From: Octopus bimaculoides
Taxonomy: Eukaryota
Assembly (NCBI RefSeq): GCF_001194135.2
Contig: NC_068990.1
Location: forward strand, 25,019,959-25,083,958
DNA: 64,000 bases
Direction: 5' to 3'
The notes below the pieces were generated by a model that ran no database searches, had not been told where the DNA came from, and saw only the letters and a list, made by a program, of their open reading frames with translations. Both the position numbers and the translations under genes were made by a program. Numbering within the stretch: the first letter of the stretch is position 1; each line of letters starts with the position of its first letter. Shown in pieces: positions 62,201 through 64,000 of the stretch.

Positions 62201-62909
62201 CTTTCCTAATGCCAATCACTTTACAGAGTGTACTGGGCATATTTATCAAATATATATATATATTAGTTGAACTGTTGATACAACATGATGTTCTGGTGAT
62301 CTGATGAACAAGTTTTCTTTATTTCCATTAATTTGTGAATATACATTTGTATTGTATAATGATGAGCATACATATTGATGCAAACAAGTACACATAATTT
62401 CTTGCATATTAAAATTAATACTGCAATGAAGAAGGTTGCAAAATGGCTGTAATCCTATGGAAGTCACTTAGGAAGTTTGAGAGTTGAATATATATTTTAT
62501 TTAACTGACTTTATGTTCATATAAATATTATATTAAATATATACACATTAAATATTACAACAAGATAAAAAGTTATTCAAACCTTAGCTTTCTCCTGCTG
62601 TCGCTTCAACTGTTCAGAATTAATAGGTATGACATCAAGTTCTGACAGCGAGGGTTCAAGTTCTTCAAACCAGGACTGCAAGTGGGTGTGGGTTTCATGG
62701 AAATGTTTGGAGAGTGGTAAAGCTTGCTCAAGCTGGCTTAACCTGTCTGCATTAATTTTCATTACTGTGTCAATCTGTGTCTTGAGAGTCTCCATTTTTT
62801 CTTTGATCACTGGCTCTTCATCCAGTTTGTTTTCTCGCAGAAGTTTTTTAGCCGCAGCTAGAAGATCTCGGGCTCTGTCCTTCTGGCTACCAACTTCTGC
62901 ATCCAGAAA
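15073..62909 (-). CDS. MACF1: Spectraplakin (MACF1/dystonin/short stop family), 5'-partial, 29 coding exons in window, 1672 aa
   Basis: All 29 exons have AG/GT ends and matching phases; total 5019 nt incl. TGA; spectrin repeats, EF-hand pair ([26 protein letters not shown]), GAR domain ([29 protein letters not shown]), [15 protein letters not shown] tail ending SKIPKLKKK; the invertebrate single gene is co-orthologous to MACF1 and DST. Confidence 0.95.
17047..17215 (-). CDS. MACF1: Spectraplakin tail exon (Arg/Ser/Gly-rich)
   Basis: ttttttcag|[12 protein letters not shown]...[26 protein letters not shown]|gtatgt, 169 nt, 0/1, bridges the phases of its neighbours. Confidence 0.82.
19063..19247 (-). 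CDS. MACF1: Spectraplakin exon, start of C-terminal tail
   Basis: tag|(A)[17 protein letters not shown]...SGHIGK|gtaaag, 185 nt, 1/0; KGRTN-ELRE-F is the conserved continuation of the GAR domain. Confidence 0.95.
19825..19880. repeat. (AAT)n microsatellite
   Basis: Perfect trinucleotide run; similar runs at 25490-25537, 28718-28783, 55620-55652, 59248-59283. Confidence 0.97.
21157..21505 (+). mobile_element. tRNA-derived SINE (family D)
   Basis: Head GATGGCCCAGTGGTTAGAGCAGCGG; central TGTGTCACGCTGAATCTCC..GAGAACTAC; 3' CAACTGGAAC.CTCGTCGTTGTAAC; second copy 41752-42072. Confidence 0.7.
24581..24795. mobile_element. TTAA-flanked (piggyBac-like) MITE
   Basis: TTAA-CCCTTTT ... AAAAGGG-TTAA; related copies 15800-15940, 39633-39853, 54848-55250. 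Confidence 0.7.
27120..27580 (+). mobile_element. Tc1/mariner (maT/DD37D-like) transposase 3' fragment with right TIR
   Basis: [11 protein letters not shown]...[17 protein letters not shown]...EANGDFIE with stop/frameshift; ends ...CACTGCACCCTG followed by TA. Confidence 0.85.
28020..28217. mobile_element. TTAA-flanked MITE, second family
   Basis: TTAA-CCCTTTGGCATTCA ... TGAATGATAAAGGG-TTAA; related pieces near 15480-15560 and 20245-20420. Confidence 0.65.
29065..30700 (-). mobile_element. RTE-clade LINE ORF2 fragment (end of endonuclease, linker, reverse transcriptase), pseudogenised
   Basis: [67 protein letters not shown]; several stops and frameshifts. Confidence 0.92.
34842..34959 (-). 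CDS. MACF1: Spectraplakin exon, GAR/GAS2 domain C-half
   Basis: cag|[40 protein letters not shown]|gtaaag, 118 nt, 0/1. Confidence 0.97.
35139..35255 (-). CDS. MACF1: Spectraplakin exon, GAR/GAS2 domain N-half
   Basis: cag|[15 protein letters not shown]...[18 protein letters not shown]|gtaagt, 117 nt, 0/0. Confidence 0.95.
36180..36292 (-). CDS. MACF1: Spectraplakin exon with second EF-hand
   Basis: tag|(K)[37 protein letters not shown]|gtaagt, 113 nt, 1/0. Confidence 0.95.
36757..37061 (-). CDS. MACF1: Spectraplakin exon with first EF-hand
   Basis: cag|(S)[17 protein letters not shown]...[15 protein letters not shown]...[21 protein letters not shown]|gtgagt, 305 nt, 2/1. Confidence 0.95.
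38145..38284 (-). CDS. MACF1: Spectraplakin exon (repeat end and linker), not in ORF track
   Basis: tag|[18 protein letters not shown]...[19 protein letters not shown]|gtaatg, 140 nt, 0/2. Confidence 0.88.
38546..38734 (-). CDS. MACF1: Spectraplakin exon (last spectrin repeats)
   Basis: cag|[10 protein letters not shown]...LLQWLTDAE...LIKDHQ|gtctgt, 189 nt, 0/0. Confidence 0.92.
39343..39486 (-). CDS. MACF1: Spectraplakin exon (spectrin repeat), not in ORF track
   Basis: cag|[10 protein letters not shown]...RCHPDS...RARWEE|gtaaaa, 144 nt, 0/0. Confidence 0.93.
39633..39853. mobile_element. TTAA-flanked (piggyBac-like) MITE, well preserved
   Basis: TTAA (39629-32) CCCTTTC ... GAAAGGG TTAA (39854-57). 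Confidence 0.8.
41058..41186 (-). CDS. MACF1: Spectraplakin exon (spectrin repeat), not in ORF track
   Basis: aag|[24 protein letters not shown]...DDHK|gtattt, 129 nt, 0/0, AAG acceptor. Confidence 0.9.
41419..41698 (-). mobile_element. tRNA-headed SINE (family E) with internal (AAT)n
   Basis: A box TGGCGTAGTG, B box GTTCAATTCC, then (AAT)n and a CTGATGA...CGAAACG-containing 3' domain. Confidence 0.75.
43162..43356 (-). CDS. MACF1: Spectraplakin exon (spectrin repeat)
   Basis: aag|[10 protein letters not shown]...RLEQAQRM|gttagt, 195 nt, 0/0, AAG acceptor. Confidence 0.9.
43506..43681. mobile_element. Tc1/mariner-derived MITE
   Basis: TA-CACAAAGTGCAGCAG..CTCCCATATTTTA ... TGCACCCTG-TA; sister copy 59678-59880. 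Confidence 0.55.
44141..44300 (-). CDS. MACF1: Spectraplakin exon (spectrin repeat)
   Basis: cag|(R)[14 protein letters not shown]...VHGDIETV...EIHK|gtaagc, 160 nt, 2/0. Confidence 0.95.
45550..45716 (-). CDS. MACF1: Spectraplakin exon (spectrin repeat)
   Basis: cag|[14 protein letters not shown]...[12 protein letters not shown]|gtaagt, 167 nt, 0/2. Confidence 0.93.
45940..46059 (-). CDS. MACF1: Spectraplakin exon (spectrin repeat)
   Basis: cag|[12 protein letters not shown]...QIAKHK|gtaact, 120 nt, 0/0. Confidence 0.93.
46340..46830 (+). mobile_element. 5'-truncated HERO-type (R2 group, REL endonuclease) non-LTR retrotransposon
   Basis: [37 protein letters not shown]...[11 protein letters not shown]...[17 protein letters not shown] plus 3' UTR; clearly GC-richer than surroundings. 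Confidence 0.88.
47274..48027 (+). mobile_element. Young RTE-type 3' end with internal 63-bp tandem array running into an assembly gap
   Basis: Units start at 47284, 47347, 47410 (CGAGCGGGATCGTTGCCGGTGCCCC...); gap 47455-47707; element resumes and ends GGACGTTAAACGACGACGACG. Confidence 0.8.
48374..48580 (-). CDS. MACF1: Spectraplakin exon (spectrin repeat)
   Basis: cag|[10 protein letters not shown]...[27 protein letters not shown]...YKEARQ|gtaggt, 207 nt, 0/0. Confidence 0.95.
49245..49400 (-). CDS. MACF1: Spectraplakin exon (spectrin repeat)
   Basis: cag|[10 protein letters not shown]...WLTDTEK...QIEDHK|gtaaga, 156 nt, 0/0. Confidence 0.93.
50825..50995 (-). CDS. MACF1: Spectraplakin exon (spectrin repeat)
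   Basis: cag|[10 protein letters not shown]...RAVDRK|gtaagg, 171 nt, 0/0. Confidence 0.9.
51090..51660. repeat. Polypurine (GA)-rich complex minisatellite
   Basis: Recurrent AAAAACAGAG(GGGGG)AAAGAGAG units and (GA)n; the + strand is almost all purine. Confidence 0.9.
51720..51848 (-). CDS. MACF1: Spectraplakin exon (spectrin repeat)
   Basis: cag|[10 protein letters not shown]...[17 protein letters not shown]|gtattt, 129 nt, 0/0. Confidence 0.92.
53215..53412 (-). CDS. MACF1: Spectraplakin exon (spectrin repeat)
   Basis: tag|[10 protein letters not shown]...EGSLKE|gtaaat, 198 nt, 0/0. Confidence 0.92.
54221..54376 (-). CDS. MACF1: Spectraplakin exon (spectrin repeat)
   Basis: cag|[13 protein letters not shown]...ELSKLN|gtttgt, 156 nt, 0/0. 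Confidence 0.9.
54595..54765 (-). CDS. MACF1: Spectraplakin exon (spectrin repeat)
   Basis: cag|[10 protein letters not shown]...[15 protein letters not shown]|gtagga, 171 nt, 0/0. Confidence 0.92.
55501..55602 (-). CDS. MACF1: Spectraplakin exon (spectrin repeat), not in ORF track
   Basis: cag|[10 protein letters not shown]...QTKELK|gtaatt, 102 nt, 0/0. Confidence 0.9.
56230..56454 (-). CDS. MACF1: Spectraplakin exon (spectrin repeat)
   Basis: cag|[10 protein letters not shown]...FHDELL|gtaaga, 225 nt, 0/0. Confidence 0.92.
57494..57720 (-). CDS. MACF1: Spectraplakin exon (spectrin repeat)
   Basis: cag|(D)VKQKLDELI...QQEELE|gtaaaa, 227 nt, 1/0. Confidence 0.92.
59134..59242 (-). CDS. MACF1: Spectraplakin exon (spectrin repeat), not in ORF track
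   Basis: cag|[10 protein letters not shown]...EDEAVN-G|gtaagc, 109 nt, 0/1. Confidence 0.88.
59678..59880. mobile_element. Tc1/mariner-derived MITE
   Basis: TA-CAGGGTACGG..CTCCCATATTTTA ... TAAAATGTGGGA..TGCACCCTC-TA. Confidence 0.65.
59973..60092 (-). CDS. MACF1: Spectraplakin exon (spectrin repeat), not in ORF track
   Basis: cag|[10 protein letters not shown]...[17 protein letters not shown]|gtaagt, 120 nt, 0/0. Confidence 0.92.
61282..61488 (-). CDS. MACF1: Spectraplakin exon (spectrin repeat)
   Basis: tag|[10 protein letters not shown]...LQQSAE|gtaagt, 207 nt, 0/0. Confidence 0.92.
62583..62909 (-). CDS. MACF1: Spectraplakin exon (spectrin repeat), first in window
   Basis: cag|[10 protein letters not shown]...QQEKAK|gtttga, 327 nt, phase 0/0. 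Confidence 0.9.
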
Positions 62910-64000
62910 CTGATGAAAAACAAACAAAACAACATTACAGACATAAACCAGCACAATTTCTTACATCATTTTAAATACTTTGGTTGAATAATAATTCATT
63001 CTACTATAGGTACTAGCCCTGAAATGCCGGGGAGAGGACTAGTCAATTACATCAACCCCAGTATTTCACTGGTACATAATTTATTGATCCCGAGAAGATG
63101 AAAGGCAAACTCGACCTTGGAGGAATTTGAACTCAGAATGTAATGATGGGTAAAATACCATTAAGCATTTTGTCCAGCGTGCTAACAATTCTGCCAGCTT
63201 GCTACCTTAATAATAATCCTTTCTTCTTCTTCTTTTTCTACTACTACTAATAATAATAATAATGATGATTAAAGGTGATTGGAATGGAATGTCCTGTAGA
63301 GCTTCTACAAAAAGTCTGTCTCTTATCATCAGAAGAAAAATCATCAGAAGGGTTATGAGCACTTGAAGGCCTATTGAAATCACGTGGATATTTAAGGTTA
63401 TGGGTAGGAACCTCTACCCACATTAATTCTACAAAGAATAAGACCAATCCTAAGTCAAGTTCAATAATAACTCTAATATTGGTTGAAAGCCAGCAATTTT
63501 GAAGGCAGGGTGGGGGAAGTCAATGATATGGACCCAAATACTTCACTGATACTTTATTTTATTGAACCTGAAAGGAGGAAAGGCAAATCAGAAAGAAATG
63601 CTGCTAAGCATTTTGCCTGATACACTTACAATTCTGATGGCTTGCCATCTTAATAACAACAGCATAAATATAATATATTGTAGTAATGCTAATAGTGGTA
63701 AGAATAGTCATACCAGGGGAGTCATACCAGGGGAGTCATTGGTATGATGAAAAGAAGGAAAAGCAGAGAAAAAGGGAAAAGAAAAGCAAAATGAGTGAAT
63801 CATCATTAATGGAAGTTTTCAATCCTCCATTATGAAAGATATCAAGTTAATATTGTTATAATTCAAGGAATCTTCAATGAACTTAGCTAATTTTCTATCA
63901 TAGCTCAGAGAAAACAGAATAGAAGGTTACTGAACAGAGATAGCTCTGGTTCTGTTATATTAGAGAATCAAGCATTGGGGAGTTTTCAGACATCGATGGT

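Noticed and set aside
63247-63447. Possible further spectraplakin exon (acceptor-like ttctttgtag at about 63430)
   Set aside because: No spectrin-repeat character and no donor in phase 0 to join exon 62909
63706-63739. 14-bp tandem duplication AGTCATACCAGGGG
   Set aside because: Only about 2.4 units; ordinary slippage duplication
1-64000. CRISPR arrays, rRNA, prokaryotic operons
   Set aside because: No repeat-spacer structure or rRNA motifs; the window is spliceosomal-intron-rich animal DNA

Overview
AT-rich eukaryotic (animal) genomic DNA with three assembly gaps (8316-8415, 13243-13380, 47455-47707). The SINE/RTE/microsatellite content is typical of an Octopus genome (inference, not a database result). 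Left end, + strand: two identical tRNA-Asp(GUC) genes and a two-exon TIMM29 gene (exon 1 about 3032-3125, exon 2 7456-7964). Most of the window (62909 down to about 12.5 kb, - strand) is the 3' part of a spectraplakin gene (MACF1/dystonin/short stop family). I could chain 29 exons with consistent splice sites and phases into 1672 aa: spectrin repeats, 2 EF-hands, GAR/GAS2 domain, and a Ser/Arg/Gly tail ending in SKIP. The gene's 5' part lies beyond the window. Introns carry RTE LINE fragments (with a PHD-type finger after the RT), a HERO-type REL retrotransposon end, a Tc1/mariner fragment, MITEs and several tRNA-derived SINE families. The most interesting unexplained structure is in the spectraplakin C-terminus. 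A 15.6-kb intron after the GAR domain holds candidate microexons and phase-compatible alternative terminal exons, one with a hydrophobic segment and its own U-rich tail. A 9-nt UGC-preceded microexon candidate sits before the EF-hands, and a 49-aa tail-anchor-like small ORF sits in the 3' UTR. All of these are predictions from sequence only.
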